64,000 bases of DNA from an uncultured Pseudomonadota bacterium (GTDB lineage Bacteria > Pseudomonadota > Gammaproteobacteria > Burkholderiales > CAIKXV01): NCBI GenBank assembly GCA_903831455.1, contig CAIKXV010000197.1, positions 4,128 to 68,127 on the forward strand, in the 5' to 3' direction. The notes below the pieces were generated by a model. That model did no database searches, had not been told where the DNA came from, and worked only from the letters and a program-made list of their open reading frames with translations. Positions within the stretch are counted from its first letter, which is position 1; every line of letters begins with the position of its first letter. The position numbers and the translations under genes were made by a program. Below, piece by piece: positions 38,568 through 48,480 of this stretch.

Positions 38568-40814
38568 TCACCCCTGTCGCGTCTTCAACCCTTGCAGCAC
38601 CCGCGACGGCGTGAGCGGCAACCGCCGGAACCGCACTCCGGTGGCATCGAACACCGCGTTGGCGAGCGCGGCGCCGGTAGGCCCCTGCGACGCCTCGCCG
38701 GTACCGAGGAAGGGCGCGCCCGGGCGGTTGATCAGCACGACGTCCACCGGCGGCACCTCGGAGAAGGTGAGGATCGGATAACTCGCCCAGTCCTCGGAGA
38801 GGATGCGGGTGTCGTCCATCTGCACCTCTTCCTTGAGCGTCCAGGAGAGCGACTGCACCAGCCCGCCCTCGATCTGGTTGCTCACTCCGTCGGGGCTGAC
38901 GATATGCCCGCTGTCGGCGCTGGCCACCGCGCGCAGTACGCGGATGCTGCCGCTGCGCGCATCGACCTCCACCTCCAGCGCCACCGCGCAGTAACCCGCG
39001 GTGTTCTTGTAGCGGGCGAACGCGATGCCCCGCCCGCGGCCGGACGCCCGCTTCCACGAGCTCCATCCGAAGCGCTCGGCGGCCGCGCGGATCGCGTCGC
39101 GGGCGCGTTCGTCCTTCAGGTGGCGCAACCGGTACTCGACCGGATCGGCGCCGGTCGCGCGCGCGAGTTCGTCCATGAACGACTCGATCGCGAACACGTT
39201 GCCGTATGCGCCCAGCCCGCGATGCGAGGACACCCGTACCGGCATCTCGGTGATGAAGTGCGTGAGCACGTTCTGGCCAGGAAAATCGTAGAGCGCGATG
39301 GCGTTGCGATCCGCCGCGTAGTTCGGCGGACCGTTGTTCACCGGCACGGGCTGCGGGATCGGCTTGGCGAGATGGCCCGCCGGCAGCAGGTTGCCCGCCT
39401 GGTTGCCCGGTCGCGTGGTGTGCGGCGTCGACCAGAGCTCGAAGTCCCAGTCGAGAACGCTGCCCTTCGCATCCAGCGCCGCGCGGGTGCGGATCAGCAT
39501 GGCGGAGCCATAGGGCTCCCAGCGGTGCTCCTGCTCGCGCGTGTACTGCAGGCGCACCGGGCGCCCGGGCACCTGCACCGCGAGCAGCGCGGCATCGGCG
39601 GCGGCGTCATCGGCGAGGTTGTGGCCGTAGCAGCCCGCGCCCTGCACGTGCTGCAGCCGAACGCGCTCGCGCGGCAATCCCAGCAGGCCCGCGATCGCGG
39701 TGGCGGTCTCGAACACCGACTGGCTGTGGGTCTGCACCACGAGGGTGCCATCGGTGCCCATCGTCGCCACCGCAGCGGACGTGCCGATCGAGGCGTGCAT
39801 CTGGTAGGGACGGAAGTAGGTCGCCTCCACCGTTCGCGCGACTTCGCCGGGCGTGGTGCGGGGCTGGCGCCGGGTGGGGATGTCGCGCGCGATGGGGGCC
39901 GAGCGCAGCCACGCCTCCACGCCGTCGGTGCGCGGCAGCACCGCCGGCGTGTCCCAGCGGCAACTCTTCGCAAGCGCATCGGCGGCGGCATTTGCCTGCG
40001 ATTCGCGCTGCGCGATCACGCCCAGGAAGCTGCCGTCGCGCACCACCTTCACCACGCCGGGCATGCGCTCGACCGCGGCGGTGTCCGCCGACAGCAGCCG
40101 GGCGCGATAGGTCGAGGGGCGCACCACCCGCCCGAACAGCAGCCCCTCGGGGCGCAGTTCCTGGACGAACATCGACTGGCCGAGGATCTTCGGGGTGAGG
40201 TCGACCCTGGGAACCGAGGTGCCGATGTAGCGATGCCCCGAAGCTTTGAGCGCGACCTTGCCGGTGGCCTCGCGCCGCAGCTCCTCGCCGGCGGGGAGAT
40301 CCCAGTAGCTCGTCCGTGCACCGGACGCGGCGACGATCGCCGCATCCTCCACCCGCAGGCTCGTCGCGGGCACGCCCAGGCGCGTCGCCGCCAGTTCGAG
40401 CAGCGCGGCGCGCACCTCGGCCGCCGCGTGGCGCACCGCGGTGGCGCAATCGGGCATCGAGAACGAGCCCGCGGTCGTCCCCTCGTTGGGCACCAGCGCG
40501 GTGTCGCCCGAGACGATGCGCACGCGCTCGAGGTTCACGTCCAGCTCGTCCGCGCACACCTGCGCCACCGCGGTGAGGATGCCCTGCCCCAGTTCGACCT
40601 TGCCCACCATCAGCAGGATCGACCGATCGGCCGGCTGCACGCGGATCCAGGCGTCGAGCCGCCGGTGGCGCTGGAGGTTACCCGGCAGCCTCGGCGGTGA
40701 CGCCGTTGCCGGGACCTGCGCGAGGCCCGCCTCCAGGGGAATGGCGAAGGCGAGCGTGAAGCCACCCGTCTGCCGCAGGAATCGCCTGCGGTCGCTGCGT
40801 TCGAGTCCGTCCAT
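38568..40814 (-). CDS. Xanthine dehydrogenase family molybdopterin-binding subunit (IorB/nicotinate dehydrogenase-like)
   Basis: Tat-like SDRRRFL; GKVELGQG; GAGCYGHN; NQIEGG; GTGEASQGP; ANAVFDATGVR. Confidence 0.93.
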   Translation of the reverse strand: MDGLERSDRRRFLRQTGGFTLAFAIPLEAGLAQVPATASPPRLPGNLQRHRRLDAWIRVQPADRSILLMVGKVELGQGILTAVAQVCADELDVNLERVRIVSGDTALVPNEGTTAGSFSMPDCATAVRHAAAEVRAALLELAATRLGVPATSLRVEDAAIVAASGARTSYWDLPAGEELRREATGKVALKASGHRYIGTSVPRVDLTPKILGQSMFVQELRPEGLLFGRVVRPSTYRARLLSADTAAVERMPGVVKVVRDGSFLGVIAQRESQANAAADALAKSCRWDTPAVLPRTDGVEAWLRSAPIARDIPTRRQPRTTPGEVARTVEATYFRPYQMHASIGTSAAVATMGTDGTLVVQTHSQSVFETATAIAGLLGLPRERVRLQHVQGAGCYGHNLADDAAADAALLAVQVPGRPVRLQYTREQEHRWEPYGSAMLIRTRAALDAKGSVLDWDFELWSTPHTTRPGNQAGNLLPAGHLAKPIPQPVPVNNGPPNYAADRNAIALYDFPGQNVLTHFITEMPVRVSSHRGLGAYGNVFAIESFMDELARATGADPVEYRLRHLKDERARDAIRAAAERFGWSSWKRASGRGRGIAFARYKNTAGYCAVALEVEVDARSGSIRVLRAVASADSGHIVSPDGVSNQIEGGLVQSLSWTLKEEVQMDDTRILSEDWASYPILTFSEVPPVDVVLINRPGAPFLGTGEASQGPTGAALANAVFDATGVRFRRLPLTPSRVLQGLKTRQG

Positions 40815-40815
40815 C

Positions 40816-41271
40816 TCAGCCTCCCCGCGCCGCGCGCAGCACCGCGCGCACGATCCGGTTGTGCGCCCCGCATCGGCACAGGTTGCCATCGAGCGCGGAG
40901 CGTACCTGCGCATCGCTGGGCTTCGGGTTGCGCTGGAGCAGCGCCTGCGCCTGGAGGATGATCCCGGAGGTGCAGTAGCCGCACTGCGCGGCCTGCTCGT
41001 CGATGAATGCCTGCTGCAGCCGGCCCGGGCGTCCGCCTTCGGTGAGGCCCGCGAGGGTCGTCACCGTGCGTCCATCGGCCGCCGAGAGCGGCAGCACGCA
41101 ACTGCGCACCGGGTTGCCGTCCATGAGTACCGTGCACGAACCGCACTGCGCCTTGCCACAGCCGTACTTCGGCCCGTCGGCCCCGAGGTCGTTGGCGAGC
41201 ACCTGCAGGAGCGGCTCGCTCGCGGGCAAGTCCACCTGCACGGCGCGCCCGTTCAGCGTGAAGCGGGTCAT
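40816..41271 (-). CDS. (2Fe-2S)-binding small subunit (IorA/CoxS-like)
   Basis: KYGCGKAQCGSCTV, QCGYC, NLCRC; SD AAGGAGG. Confidence 0.95.
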   Translation of the reverse strand: MTRFTLNGRAVQVDLPASEPLLQVLANDLGADGPKYGCGKAQCGSCTVLMDGNPVRSCVLPLSAADGRTVTTLAGLTEGGRPGRLQQAFIDEQAAQCGYCTSGIILQAQALLQRNPKPSDAQVRSALDGNLCRCGAHNRIVRAVLRAARGG

Positions 41272-41393
41272 GGGTTCCTCCTTCGGTGGCCGGCTCGCGG
41301 GGACGCAGCGGCGGGCTTGTACTGTTCTGGCCGACATTCTATCGTCTGCGCGCGGCGGGGCAACCGCTCCGCCCCGCCTACCGGAGTCCGCTC

Positions 41394-43091
41394 GTGGAGA
41401 CCCTCGCCTCGGCACTGCGTGCCCATCCGGAGATCGCCGTGTTCCTCGCGATCGGACTGGGTTACTGGATCGGACGCTTCAGCATCCGCGGGGTGGGCTT
41501 CGGTCCCGTGACCGGCTCCCTGATCGCCGGCCTGCTGGTCGGGTCCGTGGTCGCCGTGCCTGTCGCCGATACCGCGAAGCAGTTGCTCTTCCTGCTCTTC
41601 ATGTTCGGCATCGGCTATTCGGCGGGCCCGGGCTTCGTGCGTGGCCTGCGGGACGCGGGCTGGCGCTGGGCCGTCCTGGGCACCGTCGTGCCGGTCGCAG
41701 GCCTGCTGACGGCGTGGGCGATGGCGCGGCTGCTCGACCTCGAACTGGGCTATGCGGCCGGGATGATGTCCGGGGGCCTGACCGAGTCGCCGGTGATCGG
41801 CACCGCCAGCGAGGCGATCCGCGCGCTGCCCCTTCCCCCGGAGGAGAAGTCGCGGCTGATCGCGCAGATCCCGGTAGCCGATGCGCTCACCTATCTCTTC
41901 GGCACCGTCGGCGTCATCCTGTTCTGCGGCTACATCGGCCCCTGGCTGCTGCGGGTCGATCTCAAGGCCGATGGCCGCCGCCTGGAGACCGCGATGGGCT
42001 TCACCCGGGAGGACGACGGCATCGACTCCGGATGGCGCATGTTCGCGATGCGCGCCTACCGGCTGGAGGCCCACCACCGAGTCGTCGGCCTCACCGTCGC
42101 CTCGGCCGAGCGCAGCGTCGCACCGGCGCGCCTGTTCGTCGAGCGCATCCGTCGCGGCGGCGAGATCATCGATGCCCAACCCGACACCGTGCTGCGTGCG
42201 GGCGACGTGGTCGCCGTCATCGGCTCGCGCGAAACCCTGGTGCAACTGCTCGCGGGCAGCGCCGCGGAGATGCACGACCGCGAACTGCTCGAGGTGCCGC
42301 TCGCCACCCGCGACGTGGTGCTGACCAACCCCTCGGTGATCGGCCGCTCGGTCGCGGAGCTGCGCGAGGAGACGGTCGCGTTTCGCGGCGTGTTCCTGCA
42401 ATCGATCCGAAGGGCGGGGCATGCGCTGCCGATCGAGCCCGCCCGGCGCCTGGAGGCGGGCGACATCCTGACCCTGCACGGACTCGCGCCGGCGGTCGAT
42501 CGGATCGCGGGACTCGCCGGAGAGCCGGTCCGCTCGTCGCGCGGGGCCAACTTCGTCGCCCTCGGATTCGCGATCGCCGCGGGGGCGCTGGCCGGACTGC
42601 TGCTGGCCATCCCGGTGGGGGGCCTGCACATCGCGCTGGGCAGCAGCGTGGCCGTGCTTCTGGTGGGCATCGCGCTGGGCTGGCGCAATGCCCGGCACCC
42701 GGGCTTCGCGCACATCCCCGCGCCCGCGATCGAGTTCATGAAGTCGCTCGGCCTGTCGGCCTTCGTCGCGATGATCGGGCTGAAGGCGGGCCCGGTCTTC
42801 ATCGACGCCATCCGCGAAGTCGGCCTCGCGGTGTTCTTCGGCGGCATCGTGGTCACGCTGGTACCGCAGTTCGTGGGCCTGCTGGTGGGGCGCTACCTGC
42901 TGCGCATCGAGCCACTGCTGCTGCTGGGCGCGCTGGCCGGGGCGCAGACGATGACCGCGGCGCTGGCCGCCGTGCAGGATCGCTCCGAGAGTCCGGTGGC
43001 GGTGATCGGCTATTCGAGCACGGTGGCGTTCGGACACATCCTGATCTCCATCGGCGGCACGGCGCTGGTCTGGATGCTGCACGCCGGCTGA
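41394..43091 (+). CDS. aspT: Aspartate:alanine antiporter family (AspT/YidE) transporter with two TrkA-C domains
   Basis: HPEIAVFLAIGLGYWIG, FMFGIGYSAGP, SGGLTESPVIG, GLKAGP, GAQTMTAAL. Confidence 0.88.
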   Translation: METLASALRAHPEIAVFLAIGLGYWIGRFSIRGVGFGPVTGSLIAGLLVGSVVAVPVADTAKQLLFLLFMFGIGYSAGPGFVRGLRDAGWRWAVLGTVVPVAGLLTAWAMARLLDLELGYAAGMMSGGLTESPVIGTASEAIRALPLPPEEKSRLIAQIPVADALTYLFGTVGVILFCGYIGPWLLRVDLKADGRRLETAMGFTREDDGIDSGWRMFAMRAYRLEAHHRVVGLTVASAERSVAPARLFVERIRRGGEIIDAQPDTVLRAGDVVAVIGSRETLVQLLAGSAAEMHDRELLEVPLATRDVVLTNPSVIGRSVAELREETVAFRGVFLQSIRRAGHALPIEPARRLEAGDILTLHGLAPAVDRIAGLAGEPVRSSRGANFVALGFAIAAGALAGLLLAIPVGGLHIALGSSVAVLLVGIALGWRNARHPGFAHIPAPAIEFMKSLGLSAFVAMIGLKAGPVFIDAIREVGLAVFFGGIVVTLVPQFVGLLVGRYLLRIEPLLLLGALAGAQTMTAALAAVQDRSESPVAVIGYSSTVAFGHILISIGGTALVWMLHAG

Positions 43092-43159
43092 GTTCCTCTC
43101 TCGTCGGCGCACCACGGGATCGCGGCCGACACCGGGCCGACGGCTGGCGGGACCCTCGC

Positions 43160-43173
43160 TTGACCTGCATCAA
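43160..43173 (+). promoter_or_regulatory. FNR/DNR-type box upstream of ald
   Basis: TTGAC-CTGC-ATCAA versus consensus TTGAT-N4-ATCAA (9/10), 83 nt upstream of the ald ATG. Confidence 0.7.
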
Positions 43174-43256
43174 GGCCACCGGTCGCGGCTGCGTCGAGCA
43201 TGCCGGGAAACCGACTTCGCCCCGCAGCCCGCGGGCATGGACCGACAGGAGATCGC

Positions 43257-44366
43257 ATGATCATCGGTGTTCCCGCAGAGACCAAGGTGCACGAGTACCG
43301 GACCGCGCTCACCCCCGACGGTGCGCGCACGCTGCGTGCCGACGGCCACGAAGTCCGCGTGCAGCACGGGGCGGGGCGACGCGCCGGCCACGCGGACGCA
43401 GCCTATGCCGCCGCCGGGGCTGTGCTGGTCGATGCCCCCGAGGCCTGGGCCGCGGACATCGTGGTCAAGGTGAAGGAGCCGCAGCCGCCGGAATACGCCC
43501 ACCTGCGGGCGGGCCAGGTCCTCTACGGCTACCTGCACCTGGCGGCGGCACCCGACCTGGCGGCCGAACTGGTCGCCCGGGGAGTCACCGGCATCGCCTA
43601 CGAGACGGTCACGGGCCCGCGCGGCGACACGCCGCTGCTCGCGCCGATGTCGCGCATCGCCGGGCGCCTGGCGATCCAGTCCGGGATGCACGCGCTCGAG
43701 GCACCGCAGGGAGGGTCGGGTGTCCTGCTGCCCGGGGCGCCGGGCGTGGAACCGGGACACGTGCTGGTGATCGGCGGCGGCATGGTCGGCAGCAACGCAG
43801 CACGCATCGCGCTGGGTATCGGCGCGCGGGTCACCCTGCTCGACGTATCCCCCGAACGCCTCGCGCAACTCGACGAACAGTGGGGCGGACGCGTGCAGAC
43901 CCGCCTGTCCGATGAAGCGGGTCTGGCCGAGTGCGTCGCGCGAGCCGATCTGGTCGTGGGCGCGGTGTACGTGCAGGGCCGCCGTGCCCCGGTGCTGCTG
44001 CACCGGGACCACCTGCGCGCGATGCGCCCGGGCAGCGTGCTGGTGGATGTGGCCATCGACCAGGGCGGGATCGCCGAGACTTCGAGACCGACCACGCACG
44101 CAGCCCCCACCTATGTCGAGGAAGGCGTGGTGCACCACTGCGTGGCCAACATGCCCTCGGCCGTCGCGCTGACCTCCACGTCCGCGCTGGCTGCGGTCAC
44201 GCTGCCCGGTCTGCGCTCGCTCGCCCGGCAGGGCGTGCGCGCCGCACTGGAGTCCGACGCGGGGCTGGCCAGCGGCCTCAACGTCGCCTCGGGCGAAATC
44301 GTGCACCCGGGGCTCGCCCGCGACCTCGGTCGCGCGGCACGCGACTGGCGTACGCTCGCCTTCTGA
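43257..44366 (+). CDS. ald: Alanine dehydrogenase
   Basis: MIIGVPAETKVHEYR, KVKEP, YLHLAA, LLAPMSRIAGR, GGGMVG, DVAIDQGG, VANMP; SD AGGAG. Confidence 0.95.
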   Translation: MIIGVPAETKVHEYRTALTPDGARTLRADGHEVRVQHGAGRRAGHADAAYAAAGAVLVDAPEAWAADIVVKVKEPQPPEYAHLRAGQVLYGYLHLAAAPDLAAELVARGVTGIAYETVTGPRGDTPLLAPMSRIAGRLAIQSGMHALEAPQGGSGVLLPGAPGVEPGHVLVIGGGMVGSNAARIALGIGARVTLLDVSPERLAQLDEQWGGRVQTRLSDEAGLAECVARADLVVGAVYVQGRRAPVLLHRDHLRAMRPGSVLVDVAIDQGGIAETSRPTTHAAPTYVEEGVVHHCVANMPSAVALTSTSALAAVTLPGLRSLARQGVRAALESDAGLASGLNVASGEIVHPGLARDLGRAARDWRTLAF

Positions 44367-44445
44367 GGTCCATGCCCCGCCCGACGAGCACGCCCGGCGG
44401 GCTGCGCAGGCCCGGCTCCCGCGGACCGTCAATGCGTCGGGTCGA

Positions 44446-45864
44446 TCAACCCGGCGCGACCGCCGGCTCGGCGCGCAGGCCGGACAGCGTGCCCCGCGCC
44501 ACCTCGATGTGCTGCCTCAGCAGGTAGAGCTGGTCGGCGTAGGCGATCGGGATCGGCCGCGTGCAGGCCTCGATGTCGAGTGCGTCGAGCCGCGACTCGA
44601 ACTCGTGGGCGCGATCCGGTCGCCAGTCGGTGCGAAGGTCCTGTTCGATCATCCGCAACTGCGCGTACAGCCTCAGGATACGACGCCGGATCCGCCAGTG
44701 GTACAGCGGCGGCAGGATGCGCGCCAACGGCAGCGCGACCGCCACCACCGGCAGCAGCATCACCCACAGGCGCTCGACCAGGATCGCAAGCCACAACGGC
44801 AGCACGCGCTGCAGGAACGGCAAGCCACCCTCGTAGAAGCGTCGCGCCTCGCTGCTCAACTCGATCTCCAGCCCACGCGCGGTCGGGAACTCCCCGGCGT
44901 GGTGGAAGAGACCGCTGCCCCCATGCACCTGCGCGGCGGCCTGCAGCAGCAGGGTCTGCAGCGTCGGGTGCAGCGACTCGCGCGCGATCAGCTGCACGGT
45001 GGGTGCGACCAGCGCGGTGTCGCGCCGGGGAAGATCCCGCACCAGGTCGATCGCGCCACGGGGCAGCACCACCCGCGACAGGAACAGGAAGCGACGCGTG
45101 TAGGCGTCGGCCTGCACGAAGCTCATCACGCGTACTGCGGGATCGCGCAGCAGCGGCGCGATGTAGGCCGCCTCCGGGGCCGCGACCATGATCGCCGCGT
45201 CGATCTCCCCCGCCATCAGCGCGCGCGCCGCCGCCTCCCCGCCGATCGCGCGCAGCACGACATCGCGTGCACCCAGTTCGTTGGCCTCGAGCAGCCGAAG
45301 CGCCAGCACCCGCGTGCCGCTGCCTTCCCCGCCGATGGCCACGCGCCGGCCGCGCAGCTCGGTGAGACGACCCGCGCGAACGTCGCCGCGATGGAACACC
45401 CAGATCGGCTCGTGGTACAGGCCGCCGAGGGACACCAGCGCATCGTCCTTGGCCTGTCCGGCATCGAGCAACCCGCCCTGGACCAGCGCGACATCGACTC
45501 CGGAGGACTCGTCGCGCAGCAGTTCCAGGTTTCGGGCCGAGCCGGCGGTGGGGCGCAGGTTCAGCGTGAACCCCTTCTTCGCGAGGATCTCCCGATAGCG
45601 CATCGCGTACAGGTGGTATGCGCCATCCTCCGGCCCCGAGGCCATCGTCAGCGCATCGGGCGGTGCCGGCTGGATGAACCGCGACGCGGTCCAGAAGGCC
45701 GCGCCCAGCACCAGCAGCGCCGGCAGCCCCAGCACGAGGAGATCGCGCAGCGACAGCGTGCGCAGGCGCCTCCACGCGGCGGCAGAACCGGCCGATGCGG
45801 CGCCCACGGCCCCTCCCGACCGGGCGGGTGTCGTGGGCGGCGGCGGGGCGGGCTCCGGAGGCAT
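44446..45864 (-). CDS. TAXI-family solute-binding protein, membrane-anchored at both ends
   Basis: QPAPP, GPEDGAY, TAGSARNL, VQGG, EPIWVF, GSGTR; N-terminal TM and C-terminal TM plus helical tail. Confidence 0.85.
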   Translation of the reverse strand: MPPEPAPPPPTTPARSGGAVGAASAGSAAAWRRLRTLSLRDLLVLGLPALLVLGAAFWTASRFIQPAPPDALTMASGPEDGAYHLYAMRYREILAKKGFTLNLRPTAGSARNLELLRDESSGVDVALVQGGLLDAGQAKDDALVSLGGLYHEPIWVFHRGDVRAGRLTELRGRRVAIGGEGSGTRVLALRLLEANELGARDVVLRAIGGEAAARALMAGEIDAAIMVAAPEAAYIAPLLRDPAVRVMSFVQADAYTRRFLFLSRVVLPRGAIDLVRDLPRRDTALVAPTVQLIARESLHPTLQTLLLQAAAQVHGGSGLFHHAGEFPTARGLEIELSSEARRFYEGGLPFLQRVLPLWLAILVERLWVMLLPVVAVALPLARILPPLYHWRIRRRILRLYAQLRMIEQDLRTDWRPDRAHEFESRLDALDIEACTRPIPIAYADQLYLLRQHIEVARGTLSGLRAEPAVAPG

Positions 45865-46181
45865 GGTGCGGCAGCTTAGCAAATCCCCGTGATCCAGCCG
45901 TGCAGGCCGACTCGCCCGGATCGGTGATCGGGGCTCGGCTGCCGGAGCCGGCGTGCCTGCCGCCGGGTGCGGCCGACGCGGCCGACCCGCCTGCCTGCGC
46001 GGCGCCGATGCCTGTCGCCCGCTCGCGCCGCCCGAAGGCCGATGCGCGTCCGGCGAGGCGTACGCGTGGTCGGGCGCCTTCGCGGACGCCGCGGCGCCTG
46101 CCCCGGCAATCGCCGCCGGCCGCCCAGCGGCTGGCCTATGCAGCCCGCGGCGAGTCGCCCCCGGCCGGCGAACGTGGTGAC

Positions 46182-47429
46182 TCAGGGCAGGCGCGCCCCC
46201 ACGCGCGCCACCAGCGGACGCAGTTCCTCCCGCACTTGGGCGCGCCATCGCAGCAGCACCAGCGCCAGCAGCGCGCACAGCGTACCGTTGCAGGCCAGTG
46301 CGAGTCGCGGCCCCAGCGCCTCGGCCAGCGCACCGGCCGCCAGGTTGCCCAGCGGCCCTACACCCATGAACAGCATGGTGGTCAGGCTCATCACGCGACT
46401 GCGCTTGTCGTCGTCGACCACCGTCTGCAGGATCAGGTTCACCGGTAGCGTGGTCATCAGCACCGCCAGACCCACCACCGCCACCAGTGCCGCCGACAGC
46501 CAGACCTGCCCGCTCGCCGCGAAGGCGGCCAGCGCCAGGCCGGCAACGCCCATCGCGAGGTTGAGCAGCGTGTACAGCCCGCCCACGTGCGGGCGCGCCG
46601 CGAGGAACAGGCTGCCGCAGAGCGCCCCCATGCCCGAGAGCGCCAGCAGCCAGCCCAGCAGCCGCGGATCGCCGGCGTAGGCCTGCGCGACGAACGCGGG
46701 CATCAGCGTCTGGTAGGGCGTGATGAGCACGCTCACGAGTGCGAGTGCGATCAGCAGGATGCGGATCGGCAGGATGCGCCACGCATAGCCGAAGCCCTCG
46801 GCCAGCCCTGCGAGCAGCGGGGCCCGCGCCGCTCGACCCCCGCGCCGCTCGACCCGGATGGCGAGGATGCTCGCCACCACCGCGATATAGGTGACCGCAT
46901 TGAGCGCGAAGCAGCCCGCCGCCCCCACGACGACGAGCAGCGAGCCGGCGATCGCCGGACCCGCAAGGCGTCCGGCCTGTCCCATGGTGGCGGTGAGCGA
47001 GATCGCGCTGGGCAGGTCGTCGCGATCGTCGATCAGGTCGAGCAGATAACTCTGGCGTACCGCCAGTTCGAGCGCGATCAGCGCACCCAGGATCGACCCC
47101 AGGACGAACAGATGCCAGGGCTGGATCAGGCCGGTGGCGCTGAGGATCAGCAGTGCCAGCGCCTGCACGCCCTGCAATGCCTGGGAGGCCAGCATCAGTC
47201 GATGACGATCCGCGTGATCCGCCCACCAGCCGGCCAGGGGGGAGAGCAGCAGCACCGGCAGGTTGGAGACGAACGCGAGCATTCCCAGGGAGAACGCCGA
47301 GCGGGTGAGTTCGTACATCAGCCAGCCGGCCGCCACCTGCTGGACCCAGTAGCCCACCATCGACAGGCTCTGGCCGGCGAAGAAGAGCGCGTAGTTGCGG
47401 TGACGCAGCGCGCGGAAGGCCCCCTTCAC
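46182..47429 (-). CDS. MFS transporter (MFS_3/DHA3-like)
   Basis: FRALRHRNYALFFAGQSLSMVGYWVQQVAAGWL; about 12 hydrophobic segments. Confidence 0.92.
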   Translation of the reverse strand: MKGAFRALRHRNYALFFAGQSLSMVGYWVQQVAAGWLMYELTRSAFSLGMLAFVSNLPVLLLSPLAGWWADHADRHRLMLASQALQGVQALALLILSATGLIQPWHLFVLGSILGALIALELAVRQSYLLDLIDDRDDLPSAISLTATMGQAGRLAGPAIAGSLLVVVGAAGCFALNAVTYIAVVASILAIRVERRGGRAARAPLLAGLAEGFGYAWRILPIRILLIALALVSVLITPYQTLMPAFVAQAYAGDPRLLGWLLALSGMGALCGSLFLAARPHVGGLYTLLNLAMGVAGLALAAFAASGQVWLSAALVAVVGLAVLMTTLPVNLILQTVVDDDKRSRVMSLTTMLFMGVGPLGNLAAGALAEALGPRLALACNGTLCALLALVLLRWRAQVREELRPLVARVGARLP

Positions 47430-47481
47430 CGCCGGGCGGCGCGCATTGCGGAAGACCCGCGGCGGCGCTCCTCGGCTCGAC

Positions 47482-48480
47482 TCACTCGGCGCGCACCTTC
47501 GCCGCCTTCGCCACCTTGCTCCAGCGCGCGATCTCCGCGGCGATGAACGCCCCGAACTCCTCGCTGGTATTGCCCACCGGCGTGCCCCCCTGCTGGGCGA
47601 TGCGTTCGCGCCCCTCGGGCGAGCGGATGAAGCGGGCGAGTTCCGCGTTCATGCGGTTGACGATGTCGCGCGGCGTCGAGGCGGGAGCAACCACCCCCTG
47701 CCAGGAGCTTCCGTCGAAGCCGGGAACGGTGTCGCCGACCGGAGGCAGGTCAGGCAAGGCGGCGTAGCGGTCCGAGGTGGACACCGCGATCGCCCGCAGC
47801 TTGCCCGAGCGCGCCGCCTCCAGCGAGGGACCGATACCGGTCGTGAACCCCATCTCGACGAGTCCGGCGAACTGGTCGATCAGCGCCGGGCCGGCGCCCT
47901 TGTACGGGATGTGCACGGCCTTCACGCCAGCCATCATCAGGAACATCTCCATCAGCATGTGCGGCGAAGTGCCCGGACCCGTGGAGGCGTAGTTGAGGGC
48001 GCCCGGATTGCGGCGCATCAGCGCAAGCAGTTCCTTCACGTTGCGCACCGGCAGCGACGGGTGCACCAGCAGGATGCTGGGCAGTTTCGCGATGAGGGTG
48101 ATCGGGACGAAATCGCGTACCGGGTCGTAGTCCAGCTTCGGGAACACCGATGGCGCGATGCTCTGCGCGACCGTGAACATCGCGATGTTGTAGCCATCGC
48201 CCGGAGCCTTCGCGGCAATCGCCAGCCCGATGTTGCCGCCTGCGCCGCCCCGGTTCTCGATGACCACCGGCACGCCCAGCTGGCGCGACAGCGCGTCGCC
48301 CGCCAGCCGTCCGAAGATATCGGTGGAACCGGCCGGCGGAAACGGCACGATCATCCGGATCGGTTTCGCGGGCCACGCCTGTGCATGGGCCACCATCGGC
48401 GTCGTCATGGCACCCAGCGCCGCGGCGGCGGCCGACACGGCCAGAAGCGTGCGATGCGAGGATCTGCTGGGGGGGGTCAT
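47482..48480 (-). CDS. Bug/TctC substrate-binding protein
   Basis: WPAKPIRMIVPFPPAGSTD, ENRGGAGG, HIPYKG; SD AAGGAGG. Confidence 0.95.
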   Translation of the reverse strand: MTPPSRSSHRTLLAVSAAAAALGAMTTPMVAHAQAWPAKPIRMIVPFPPAGSTDIFGRLAGDALSRQLGVPVVIENRGGAGGNIGLAIAAKAPGDGYNIAMFTVAQSIAPSVFPKLDYDPVRDFVPITLIAKLPSILLVHPSLPVRNVKELLALMRRNPGALNYASTGPGTSPHMLMEMFLMMAGVKAVHIPYKGAGPALIDQFAGLVEMGFTTGIGPSLEAARSGKLRAIAVSTSDRYAALPDLPPVGDTVPGFDGSSWQGVVAPASTPRDIVNRMNAELARFIRSPEGRERIAQQGGTPVGNTSEEFGAFIAAEIARWSKVAKAAKVRAE

